Below, one piece after another: positions 33,501-45,200 of a stretch of DNA of 64,000 nucleotides; the stretch's first letter is position 1, and each line of letters begins with the position of its first letter. The notes beneath the pieces are model-generated. The model made no database searches. It had not been told where the DNA came from and saw only the letters and a program-made list of their open reading frames with translations. Made by a program: the position numbers and the translations under genes. Source of the stretch: Babesia bigemina (taxonomy: Eukaryota); NCBI RefSeq assembly GCF_000981445.1, contig NC_027218.1, positions 1 to 64,000 of the forward strand, given 5' to 3'.

Positions 33501-34740
33501 CACTCTACGTCGCTCCCTAACCCACTCTACATCGCCCCTTTATCCACTCTACATCGCCCCTTTATCCACTCCACATCGCTCCTTTATCCACTCCACATCG
33601 CCCCTTTACCCACTCTACGTCGCTCCCTAACCCACTCTACATCGCCCCTTTATCCACTCTACATCGCCCCTTTATCCACTCCACATCGCTCCTTTATCCA
33701 CTCCACATCGCTCCCTAACCCACTCTACATCGCTCCCTAACCCACTCTACATCGCTCCTTGTTCACTCTACATCGCTCCTTTACCCACTCTACATCGCTC
33801 CCTTATCCACTCTACATCGCCCCTTAATCCACTCTACATCGCTCCTTAACCCACTCTACATCGCTCCTTTATCCACTCTACACCGCCCCTTTATCCACTC
33901 TACATCGCCCCTTTACCCACTCTACATCGCTCCCTAATCCACTCTACATCGCTCCCTAATCCACTCTACATCGCTCCTTAACCCACTCTACATCGCCCCT
34001 TAATCCACTCTACATCGCTCCCTAATCCACTATACATCGCTCCCTAACCCACTCTACATCGCCCCTTTATCCACTCTACATCGCCCCTTTACCCACTCTA
34101 CATCGCTCCCTAACCCACTCTACATCGCTCCTTAACCCACTCTACATCGCTCCTTAACCCACTCCACATCGCCCCTTTATCCACTCTACATCGCTCCCTA
34201 ACCCACTCTACATCGCCCCTTTAACCCACTCTACATCGCTCCCTAACCCACTTCACATCGCTCCCTTACCCACTCTACATCGCTCCTCTATCCACCTTAC
34301 ATCGCTCCTCTATCCACCTTACATCGCCCCTTTCTCCACTCTACATCGCCCCTTTACCCACTCCACATCGCCCCTAATCCACTCTACATCGCTCCCTAAC
34401 CCACTCTACATCGCTCCCTAACCCACTCTACATCGCTCCCTAACCCACTCCACATCGCCCCTAATCCACTCTACATCGCTCCCTAACCCACTCTACATCG
34501 CTCCCTAACCCACTCCACATCGCTCCCTAACCCACTCTACATCGCTCCCTTATCCACTCCACATCGCTCCCTAACCCACTCTACATCGCTCCCTAACCCA
34601 CTCTACATCGCTCCCTAACCCACTCTACATCGCTCCCTTACCCACTCTACATCGCTCCCTAACCCACTCCACATCGCTCCTTATCCACTCCACATCGCCC
34701 CTTTACCCACTCTACATCGCTCCCTAACCCACTCTACATC
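30559..34740. repeat. 22-bp minisatellite, longest array (~4.2 kb)
   Basis: About 190 units by length, with internal multi-unit duplications. Confidence 0.99.
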
Positions 34741-34802
34741 CCTCGAATTACCTCGCCATAATACCGCTATGACCTCTATAAACCATTACAATAACTTGTG
34801 CC

Positions 34803-37800
34803 TTGTCACCTTTCGACCCCTCTTCCACCTCTTGCCACTGCCCTGACCATGTGCCGCCTAGGGAGCTTTACAAGAAATTTGGTAAAATTTTGAACCCTAA
34901 AAATACCTCTAATAACAACCCTACTAACATCCTTGATAATCTTTGCACCGGCCTTCAGACTTTCCTCGGCTTCAACCCTGACTCTAAAGGCTACGACGGC
35001 AGTGGGATTGTGTACTCTGACCTGGACAGGCTGTGTGACGGGGTGATGGGATTTTTGAGTGGTGTGCTTGGTGCGGTGAAAGATGATGAAGCGGTTAAAA
35101 CTTATGATATTCATCCACAAAACAATTTTACTAAGGCCATAGAAACAATTAAAAAAAATATGTACAAAACTGGCGGATTGTCTGAGGCCGTTACGGCTGT
35201 GAGCACGGCGCTGGGGGCGTGGGATAGGGAGGTGACTAGTAGAACAAATAGCGTGAAAATACTTTCTAAATCATTAACACAACATTATATTAATATATTA
35301 GTTAATTCACTTCATGAACTAAATATATGTAGCGCTAGTGATGTAGCCTCTAAGTTGCAGGTCTGCTTCAAAGAGGCAGAGAAGCTTAATAACGCATTCA
35401 GAGATGCCGAGATACAGTGTATGTCGCTCGATAATGGGCTTCAAGAGATGATCAAGGGGAACATGAATTCCATGAAAGTACGGGTAAAAGAGTTTGTTGG
35501 TGCCGCAAACAATACGGAATTGAAGGCGACGGTTGAATTCACCAAGACGAGATCGGAAGAATTGAAACAAGCGGTGAACAGTTATGTAAAGCAACGCGTT
35601 AGTTCGATGCGAAGTAATATCGAAAGTGAATTCAATAAGAAAATTCATCAGCCTATGTTGGACGTTGTCGATAGGTTGAAAGGGCTTAATAGTCAATTGG
35701 ACACGTGGATTCAGAAGGCCGAGGCAGTTGTGACGAAAGCGATTAATCAGTGTACGAATATTGTTAAGGTGCTGAAATGTGAAGAAGAGCTAGACCGTAA
35801 TAGGACCAAAAGGCAGGCCGTTGAGACTGCAGCAACAAATCTAAAAGAGAAGGCCGATGCCCTCCGAATAGCAGTCATTAGTGCACAAGGGGAGTTGAGG
35901 AGTCGTGTTAAAACTGCGCTGAAGCAAGTTCTTATTTTGGATAGGGCGGTTAAAATGGAATTGAATGAACTGAAAAACAGGATTCAGATGGGGATTGGGA
36001 AATATGTTAAGAGTATCATAAGAGATATCGAAGTTACAGTGAATAATATTACAGGTACTAAAGGTACAGATGGTGGTCTAAAAAAGGTTGTGGAACAAGT
36101 GACCTCGTGGGCGTCGGATTTCAAGACGACAGAAGGGTTTGAGGGGAAAGTGAAAGACTGGATTCTACATATTCTGAGCGACAATGATTTTGTAAGCGAG
36201 AAGGTTACGGCATATGGCAAGAAATTAAAGCAACTTAGGCAGGGGAAGTTCACGAGTTTGGGATATATGGATGCTCAGGGAGACGCAGAGAACTCGCAGT
36301 ATCATCAGGAAATTGCTGAATTCATAAAGAATAAACTGAAAACAGACATAGGTGCGGGCAGTCAAATGGTCCAAGGATCACTAGAACATGACGGCCAAGG
36401 CACGGAGCAAATTGAAAAATATCTTCATGCAGTTGGTCTCGGTTGCTCACAATTTGCCGATGCGATTGAGGCGACGATTATGACTAAGGAACGTACCATA
36501 GACACACCATTATCTACAGGAATTTATAATTTTGCGGGCGAGATAGCCAAGGATCTGGAGAGTGAGTTACAGGTTATGAATAACTCTAACCAATCGCTGC
36601 TGCAATCTGCTGTTCATCGTATACTCCACGAACTTCTGGCAGTAGCCAAACAGACTGCCTACGATTTAGGATGGCTCACTAGCAAAGGTGATAAGCAGGG
36701 TAACATCCAGAATGTTGCAGCTGCGTTGAGCATCGCCAAACGGGTTGAGACAGATCTTAACAGCGCTCTCAATGCAGTCGTCGATGTCTCGTCTGCTACG
36801 TTTGCATCCGGAGAGCCCTACAAAGCATCTGATAATATTGACCGAAGAGTTTCCGGGATACTGGACGGGCATTTGCCGAATGGATCAGGCGGTCAAGTAA
36901 AAATTGATTCTGTGAAGTTTTCGTATTACGAAAGACAAATCAAACAAGCCACCATCACGCAAGCCAACGATGGTGAACCAGACCCATTAGATGGCGAATT
37001 CCCACAGGTGATCAAGGCTATTAGAGATAACGTGAACGGAGATCATCATTTGCAAAGGGTTGTGAACAGTCAGGCACCTTCTACCGTTATGAATGATGGT
37101 AAATTTTATAACAACACGTTCGTCTTATTACTTCAACAGGTTAACGACACTATGCAGGCTTTCTGTGATGCCGTCAAAGATTTGGTTGAAAAAAATGACA
37201 AAACCAATACGGGTCCAAATGTTGATGAAAACAGAGGCGTGCAGAGATTGCTGGAAGATTTACAAATAATGCTTAATAAAGGTGCTGATGGCAACAGATT
37301 GTATGAGCTTCCGAGGCACCTCAGGGATATCCACGAGGAAATTAAAACTACCATCATTGGCACACCAGGCAGTCACGCTTCATCTCCCCAAACTCTAGAG
37401 CACATCCTGGATGCAGCCGCGTCTTTCTATCACAAACTCAACACAGAAACCGAACAGACCATAAGTGAAATAAAAACCGTCGTTACGGACGAAACTGATG
37501 CCGCCACTGAGGCCATTCAGAACAAGGCAAGATCGTCCTACCACAAGAAAATCAGTAAAATGCTGAAATATATGAAATCCTCCTTTGAAACGCAAATTGA
37601 AAATATTGAGAAAATTATTGACAAAAATCTGATGAGCGGCGTCAAAGGGCTGCTTAGGAATACAAAACGCTATTTCGACACCAATACCGAGCAACTTATC
37701 TCTCAAAATATCTCATCCCTCTCCATTAATGTCAACGTGTTTATTGCCAGACTCATGTCTTACGTCGTAGAGCAAACTAAAGGCCACGACATTTCCAACC

Positions 37801-40166
37801 AGGTCAAATCGCTCTCCCTTGTCTGCCAAAATATGCTCAACGAACTCCACAATTCACAGCATTTTGATTACAAATTTGGTACAAATATTAATAATATAAA
37901 TGACCGCATTGATTCCCTAACTCCCTCCACCCTCGACCCCCAAGCGCTGCCGGACGCAGGACGGCCCGTGCTCAGGGCGCTGCGGGAAGGGATGCTGGGA
38001 TTCGTGGGAGAGTTGGGGAAGGTGTATGTGAACAAATATGATGGAGGGGAGGGGATTAAAAAGTGGGTTAAACAAGAGGGTGGAAAGGATGTTTTGACGC
38101 CTGAAGGAAAAAATGGCGCTAAGGTGTTTTTGACCTTGTTGGAGATGGTGAATGAGGACCTCGGGCATTTGAAAAATGAATGTGAAAGAGATTGGGGAAA
38201 ATTTAAAATATACGAACAGGATAACGAAAGCACAAATCCACTCGGTTCGTTCCTTAAACGATGTGGGTTCAAAGTCGCTGAACGTGACACTTCCAAAGAT
38301 GGCGAGTTGAGGTTACCATTAAGTGGATTCAGCGGTGACCATATTACCAAATTGGAGCTTTTCACGTCCATTCCTCACACTAATGCCAGCAAGTTCCTTG
38401 TAAATCTCGACAGCCTTATCACTCACCTCAACCAGTATAACCAAGTCGGCCACCTTAGGCATGTCAAGTCGCCTAGGAACCCGTGCAGTATTTTCGAAAT
38501 GCTCGTATGGTCATATGGGCTGCAGCACAACGGTGTCTATGATGAATTGGTGAAATATTGTCATAAGTACGATACATCATATGATAAGAAACCAGATGCA
38601 GAATTCAAGAAGCGGTTGACAGACACTGTGGATTACAGCCTACGTGCTCTGAGCGATTATTCACGTAATATACTCACAACCATACTCGGTACTGGTGACG
38701 AATACACAACGTACGCCGTTGACTACTCCGATAATTCCCTCAATCTGAAATATCCTGCATCAGGTGAGGACTGCCTACATACGCTGCTGGACATCCTCCG
38801 TAGACTCCTGCCCACATTGCGATTTCTGAATAACCAATGCAAGCTCAAAACCAAAGACAACGGTTGGTACGAATGCGAATATGGTATGTACACCGCTCCA
38901 GCCAAATGGCCGTGTACCGCCCACTCAAGCGACAAGGCAACGAGTCAACCAAACACGCAACCAAAGTGCCAACCAACGTGCAAAGTAAACAGCCAAGCAA
39001 ATTGCCAACCAACTTCCCCTCTTCAGTCTTACTTAAATGACTGTCTACCTGGTCACCTACCTCATCGATTGATTGATGTCGGCTGTAAGTCGGAATGTAA
39101 AACGTGCTCTCCAAGTACCAGCGGCATGCCGTGTGTGACTCCCCTTGGCTTCAAGGCGTTTTCATGTAGCACGCGCCGTGGTGAAGACATATGTGCTGTG
39201 TTAAGCAAATTCTTTAACGTTGCGAAGCTTTCGCCTTTATTCTGCCTGGCGCCCAAACCACCATCTACGCTGCCAGAGCACATGGAATTTGCATTAGCGT
39301 TAGTCAAGGATTGGGATTCCGATGCAACGCACCCTCTTAAAAATAGTATTCATTCCACAATACGAGGCGCATCTATTGAACTATGTGGAAAGCCGGAAGT
39401 GCTGACCACTGCGCTAACAAATGCGTACGGTTCATATTATGGCAGCCATGACACCTGTGATGATCAGCACATTTCTAGTCTCACAAGGTGGGATGCGTGT
39501 CCTGCACAGAATAAACGTTGTGCTCCATACCTTCAATCCTTATGCTACGATTACTATAGCTATCTTGTCAAGAAGCACTGCAATCTATACTTGTCATGGG
39601 CTGTATACCTACCATGGGATTTCTGGACTCAACTGAACAATATGTGCAACGCGTTCAGCAATATCTCATGTCAAGATTGGGGATGCAGAGAGTGTCTGCG
39701 TGCCGACAAATGTAAGCGTGGAGAGCATGGGCTCAGCGTGAAAAAGGATGACGAATCCGAAGAGCCAAATTGTCGATGCCCTTCGATTATCAGCTGCAAA
39801 AGCGTTTCACCTATGTTGTACTCTTATGGATTAACCTTTGGTCACCCTACCAAAATTCTTACCAACAAAAAATGTAACGACTTTTACAATCAGTTGCACA
39901 GTGTCTTAAATTCAAAATATTTTATTGACCTACTGACAAAATGTGATGAATACCTGCGCGATATTAGATGGCCATTTATGCTCACCGTCCTGACCCTCTG
40001 GCTCCTCTCTTTCCTCTACCTCATCCACATCATGGTCATCCGCCTAGATCTCCTCCATATCAAATCGCATCTACATAGTCCCTCGAGTCATAGGATTGCT
40101 GCTCAATCACTACTTGCTGCTGGACGCGTTAACAAGCTTAACAGGGTGTTTTATCTGCAACCATAA
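34803..40166 (+). CDS. ves1: ves1-family variant surface antigen, cassette 5 (leader ATG 34769 out of frame through a net 2-nt deletion near 34810; first in-frame ATG 35046)
   Basis: 1787-codon ORF with the conserved block, SPLQSYLNDCLPGHLPH, TM and NKLNRVFYLQP tail. Confidence 0.88.
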   Translation: MSPFDPSSTSCHCPDHVPPRELYKKFGKILNPKNTSNNNPTNILDNLCTGLQTFLGFNPDSKGYDGSGIVYSDLDRLCDGVMGFLSGVLGAVKDDEAVKTYDIHPQNNFTKAIETIKKNMYKTGGLSEAVTAVSTALGAWDREVTSRTNSVKILSKSLTQHYINILVNSLHELNICSASDVASKLQVCFKEAEKLNNAFRDAEIQCMSLDNGLQEMIKGNMNSMKVRVKEFVGAANNTELKATVEFTKTRSEELKQAVNSYVKQRVSSMRSNIESEFNKKIHQPMLDVVDRLKGLNSQLDTWIQKAEAVVTKAINQCTNIVKVLKCEEELDRNRTKRQAVETAATNLKEKADALRIAVISAQGELRSRVKTALKQVLILDRAVKMELNELKNRIQMGIGKYVKSIIRDIEVTVNNITGTKGTDGGLKKVVEQVTSWASDFKTTEGFEGKVKDWILHILSDNDFVSEKVTAYGKKLKQLRQGKFTSLGYMDAQGDAENSQYHQEIAEFIKNKLKTDIGAGSQMVQGSLEHDGQGTEQIEKYLHAVGLGCSQFADAIEATIMTKERTIDTPLSTGIYNFAGEIAKDLESELQVMNNSNQSLLQSAVHRILHELLAVAKQTAYDLGWLTSKGDKQGNIQNVAAALSIAKRVETDLNSALNAVVDVSSATFASGEPYKASDNIDRRVSGILDGHLPNGSGGQVKIDSVKFSYYERQIKQATITQANDGEPDPLDGEFPQVIKAIRDNVNGDHHLQRVVNSQAPSTVMNDGKFYNNTFVLLLQQVNDTMQAFCDAVKDLVEKNDKTNTGPNVDENRGVQRLLEDLQIMLNKGADGNRLYELPRHLRDIHEEIKTTIIGTPGSHASSPQTLEHILDAAASFYHKLNTETEQTISEIKTVVTDETDAATEAIQNKARSSYHKKISKMLKYMKSSFETQIENIEKIIDKNLMSGVKGLLRNTKRYFDTNTEQLISQNISSLSINVNVFIARLMSYVVEQTKGHDISNQVKSLSLVCQNMLNELHNSQHFDYKFGTNINNINDRIDSLTPSTLDPQALPDAGRPVLRALREGMLGFVGELGKVYVNKYDGGEGIKKWVKQEGGKDVLTPEGKNGAKVFLTLLEMVNEDLGHLKNECERDWGKFKIYEQDNESTNPLGSFLKRCGFKVAERDTSKDGELRLPLSGFSGDHITKLELFTSIPHTNASKFLVNLDSLITHLNQYNQVGHLRHVKSPRNPCSIFEMLVWSYGLQHNGVYDELVKYCHKYDTSYDKKPDAEFKKRLTDTVDYSLRALSDYSRNILTTILGTGDEYTTYAVDYSDNSLNLKYPASGEDCLHTLLDILRRLLPTLRFLNNQCKLKTKDNGWYECEYGMYTAPAKWPCTAHSSDKATSQPNTQPKCQPTCKVNSQANCQPTSPLQSYLNDCLPGHLPHRLIDVGCKSECKTCSPSTSGMPCVTPLGFKAFSCSTRRGEDICAVLSKFFNVAKLSPLFCLAPKPPSTLPEHMEFALALVKDWDSDATHPLKNSIHSTIRGASIELCGKPEVLTTALTNAYGSYYGSHDTCDDQHISSLTRWDACPAQNKRCAPYLQSLCYDYYSYLVKKHCNLYLSWAVYLPWDFWTQLNNMCNAFSNISCQDWGCRECLRADKCKRGEHGLSVKKDDESEEPNCRCPSIISCKSVSPMLYSYGLTFGHPTKILTNKKCNDFYNQLHSVLNSKYFIDLLTKCDEYLRDIRWPFMLTVLTLWLLSFLYLIHIMVIRLDLLHIKSHLHSPSSHRIAAQSLLAAGRVNKLNRVFYLQP

Positions 40167-40287
40167 TCGTACTCACGTGTTTACTATCTACACTCACCTA
40201 GCATCACCTACTCACCTAACTTATGAATTGTTGTCTAATGTTTTGTATCACTCATTAATCGTTGTATGTGATTGTGTAGTAGTTAAC

Positions 40288-40700
40288 TAATGTGCTGACC
40301 AATGTGCTGACCAAAGTGCTGACCAAGGTGTTGACCAAAGTGTTGACCAATGTGTTGACCAATGTGTTGACCAATGTGCTGACCAGAGTGGTGACTACTG
40401 CCATGACCAAAGTGGTGACCAAGGTGCTGACCAAAGTACTGACCGACGTGCTGACCAATGCTATGACCAATGCCATGACCAAGGTGTTGACCAAGGTGCT
40501 GACCAAAGTGGTGACCAATGTGCTGCCCAAAGTGTTGACCAACGTGTTGACCAATGTGCTGACCAACGTGATGACCAAAGTGTTGACCAATGTGCTGACC
40601 AATGTGCTGACCAATGCGCTGACCAATGTGCTGACCAACGTGATGACCAAAGTGTTGACCAATGTGCTGACCAATGTGCTGACCAAAGTGGTGAGCAAGT
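40288..40700. repeat. 12-bp minisatellite, long array
   Basis: About 34 units of tgaccaa.gtg. Confidence 0.96.
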
Positions 40701-40701
40701 T

Positions 40702-40822
40702 GGTGGTTACGGCAGCGATGACTGGTCACGGCAGCGATGACATGATTGAGGCAGCGATGACATGGTAACGGCAGCGATGAAATGGTCACGGCAGCGATGA
40801 CATGGTTACGGCAGCGATGACA
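40702..40822. repeat. 20-bp minisatellite
   Basis: About 6 degenerate units. Confidence 0.88.
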
Positions 40823-40860
40823 GTGGTGACCAACCACCTGACTAAAGGGGTGATTATTAC

Positions 40861-42205
40861 CCACTCTACATCGCCCCTTAACCCACCTTACATCGCCCCT
40901 TAACCCACCTTACATCGCTCCTTTACCCACTCTACATCGCCCCTTATCCACTCTACATCGCTCCCTAACCCACTCTACATCGCTCCCTAACCCACTCTAC
41001 ATCGCCCCTTACCCACTCCACATCGCCCCTTTACCCACTCCACATCGCCCCTTATCCACTCTACATCGCCCCTTAACCCACCCTACATCGCCCCTTTATC
41101 CACCCTGCATCGCCCCTTAACCCACTCTACATCGCTCCTTTACCCACTCTACATCGCTCCTTTATCCACTCTACATCGCTCCTTTACCCACTCTACATCG
41201 CTCCTTTATCCACTCTACATCGCTCCCTAACCCACTCTACATCGCTCCTCTACCCACTCCGCATCGCTCCTTTACCCACTCCACATCGCCCCTTAACCAC
41301 TCCACATCGCTCCCTTATCCACTCTACATCGCCCCTTATCCACTCTACATCGCTCCTTTACCCACTCCACATCGCCCCTTTACCCACTCCACATCGCTGC
41401 CTAACCCACTCTACATCGCCCCTTTATCCACCCTACATCACTCCTTTCAACACTCTACATCGCTCCCTAACTCACTCCACATCGCCCCTTTACCCACTCT
41501 ACATCGCCCCTTTATCCACTCTACATCGCTCCCTAACCCACTCCACATCGCCCCTTAATCCACTGTACATCGCCCCTTAACCCACTCCACATCGCCCCTT
41601 AACCCACTCTACATCGCTCCTTTATCCACTCTACATCGCCCCTTTATCCACTCTACATCGCCCCTTATCCACTCTACATCGCCCCTTTATCCACTCTACA
41701 TCGCTCCCTAATCCACTCTACATCGCCCCTTTACCCACTCTACATCGCCCCTTAATCCACTCTACATCGCTCCCTTATCCACTCTACATCGCCCCTTTAC
41801 CCACTCTACATCGCTCCCTTATCCACTCTACATCGCCCCTTTACCCACTCTACATCGCCCCTTAACCCACTCTACATCGCCCCTTTATCCACTCTACATC
41901 GCCCCTTTATCCACTCTACATCGCTCCCTAACCCACTCCACATCGCCCCTTTATCCACTCTACATCGCTCCTTTATCCACTCTTCATCGCCCCTTAACCT
42001 CCTTTAATCGCCCTTTATCCACTCTACATCGCCCCTTAACCCACTCTACATCGCCCCTTAACCCACTCCACATCGCTCCCTTACCCACTCCACATCGCCC
42101 CTTAACCCACTCTACATCACCCCTTAACCCACTCCACATCGCTCCCTAACCCACTCTACATCGCCCCTTTATCCACCCTACATCGCCCCTTTATCCACTC
42201 CACAT
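40861..42205. repeat. 22-bp minisatellite array
   Basis: About 61 units upstream of cassette 6. Confidence 0.98.
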
Positions 42206-42234
42206 TCCTTGAATTACTTCGCCATATTAACGCT

Positions 42235-45200
42235 ATGACCTCTATAAACCATCCTAATAACTTGTGCCTTGTCACCCTTTACTTCCCCTCTTCCACCGCT
42301 TGCCACTGCCCTGACCGTGTGCCGCCTAGGGAGCTTGGCATGAAATTTGACAAAATTTTGAACCTCAAAATTACCTTAAATAATAACCCTACTAACATCC
42401 TTAATAACCTCTGCACCGGCCTCGAAACCTTCCTCGGCTTCAACTCTGCTTCCAAAGGCTACGACGGCTCTGGCATTGTGTACTCCGACCTGGATAGGCT
42501 GTGTGACGGGGTGATGGGATTTTTGTTTAGTATAATCACTGACGTAAAAGACGACAAAAACCTTACGAAATACAATAATAATATAGACACAATGTTAGAA
42601 AAAATTAAACTCGCTCAATATAATAGAAAAAATTTTGATAGTAGTATTCGCGAAGTCAGTCAGGGGATTAAGGCGTGGGTGAGGGGGGTGGAGGAGAGGA
42701 ATGAAAGTATAACAAAGCCATTAGCAAACCTTGAAAAAACTTTACATGGTCATGCGTCGGTCGAAATGGATGACAATCCCATAACAGATCAGTTGTCTAC
42801 TTGGCAGGGCTTCTCCAGCATATACCTTCAAGAGGTTGAAAAATCTGAAATAGCTCTAGATGAAATAGACGATGAGTTAAGGAACGAAATAGCGCCCAAA
42901 ATAGAATTAATAAAACAAGTTGTCGATAATTTTTGGAATTCGGTCAATGATCTTGGCGTCTATGATTCCGTTAAGAAGTTAAAAGATAAGTTCGGTGCAA
43001 TTCCTAAGATTGTCAATATGGAAATTGGAACACAAATACAAGAGGTAAATAATACATTAAATGACAAGTTCGAGAAAATGTTCCGCGATATTCACAATCT
43101 CACGCAAAATAAGAAATCGCACATTAATTCGATTCGTAAAGCTGTACAATCAGCCAAGCAGTTGGCTGATACGTTAGTTGATGACTCGACAAATGTATTT
43201 GATAAGAAGTACAAGGCGAACATATCGGACAGATTTAATGAGATTAAGGCAAAAATCGAAAAGTTTTGTAAAGTAAATGGTGACGGGCAGCCGACGCTGT
43301 TCAGTGAGTTTTACAAAGTCAGGACCAAGGTAGAGGGGTTAGAAACAGATGTACGCCATGGATTGGGCGAATTGAAACAAGAGATAAATGGGCTTACGAA
43401 AGATATGAATGATAGCAATCTTATTGTTAAAGAGGCGTTGCAACAGCTTGAGACGGACAGAGAACCATTGTACAGGCTAACTTTTAACGGTGCGAATTCG
43501 ATAGTGACTCTGACGAAAGGCCTCGAAGGTAAGTTTCAGAAGGTGATCCAACAGGATCTAAAAAGTTCGATTAGTGAAGTTGACAATGCAATCAGAAAGC
43601 TCGGCGCAACTTTCGGTGTAGGTGTTGGCGGCGATAAAAAACTTAGAAGCATTTTGGAACATCTTAGAACTCAAATTGGGACGATAAAGGGTTCAGACTA
43701 CGAAGACAAAGGATGTTCCGCCATTGTCGCTAGAGTAAAATCTTATGCCGCAAAGTTTACGAAATCGAAATTTGGGGAAAAGGTTTTGGATGGTTGGATT
43801 GGCGACATTCTTAAAGAGGATAGTGTGGTAAAAACAAGGATTGAAGAATATATTAAGGATAACAACGGAACGAACAATCGTGGTATGAACGGCGTTGGTA
43901 CGAATCGTTTCACAAACCCGCTTATCAAAGCCGATGAATTGCATAATCCGCTTAAAACTGAAATAAAGACAGTGCTTAATTCTGAGGTAATTCAGAAGGC
44001 TACTGAAAATTTCAATGATGCGCAAGATAGTGTTGAGAAAAATCTTAATGGACTCCATGGCGTTTGCACGGCATTTGCCACGGAGCTCGGTAAGGTAATT
44101 GACGGGAAAGATGCAGAGATCGCTAGACAAGTTGATAACCAAGTCAGAGATAATAGCAAAGGGGTAACTGAGCAATCTGACCTCAAAACTGCAGTAAAAT
44201 ACATTCTTCAGAGACTTGTTAGTAGGGCCAATAAATTTGCCTCCGATATTGGGAATTTGATCAAAGAATGCGAATTCTCCAACGTGGATGCACCATCCAA
44301 CACAGCGGTAGATCTTTACAAAAAGCTATACGACGCCATGAACGCGGGGGTAGATGGTAAGCTCAGCGAAATGAGGAGTAAGATAAGAGACCTTGACAAC
44401 ATTTTTACTAAAGGCGTTAAAAACGAACTTCAGACTGAGACAAATAATATTGAACGTGTTCTCAACAACTTCAACTCTAATGTCAAAGAGCGTATCAAGG
44501 ATGCTGCTGAAAAGGCTATTGAACAGGCAGTTGGAAAGTTCGGATCGAATGGTATAATGAACCTGGAGCAATTGATGGGACAGTTCCATCAATCTGAGCG
44601 GGCCCTCCAATCCTCTGTTAAGCAAATTGAGAATCAACTGAACATACTAAAAACGTTCCCCAGTGCTGTAGACAGCAAGCGAAAAAACGCTGAAGAAATT
44701 ATGAAGACCTTAAAAACTGAAGTGCGAGAAATTTCAGCTAAAATTGAAGCCATCGACCCAATCCTGATCAAGGCAGAAAACGTTCTTGGTACGGCAATCC
44801 AAACTCTAGAAAGATCATTAGAGGATACACGAAAGTACACTACATTAGTACTTCCGCTACTGCAACAAAATCTGCAACAGCATGTGACTAACTCATTCAA
44901 TGAAATGGAAGAATACGTACAGGAGATGTTCAACGCACAGAGAAAAGCTGAATTCCAATCTTTGAAAAAGTCTGTTGATATCCAAATTCCTCAAATAAAA
45001 AGCATTATCCAATCCGACATGGAAAAAGGTCTGAAAGGACTCATGAAAAATCTGAAAGGGCCGTTTGCTCAACTGCTCAATTCTGGTGCCCATCTCAGCT
45101 CCTATACTAAAAGGGTTAAAGAGTTTTTTGCAAATTTGCTGGAAGATTTGACGCGGCAGTCTGATGTGGTTAAATACCACTCCCCTCTTCTCACCCCCCT

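Noticed and set aside
30559..34740. CRISPR-like array (constant core plus variable part)
   Set aside because: The variable part is only ~8 nt from a small recurring set rather than unique spacers; no cas genes; eukaryotic context.
40255..40864. Low-complexity ORFs (VLTKVLTN, GQHIGQH, LVST) here and at 14080-14338, 23969-24417 and 47790-48126
   Set aside because: They are translations of 12-, 20- and 24-bp minisatellites that happen to lack stops in several frames.
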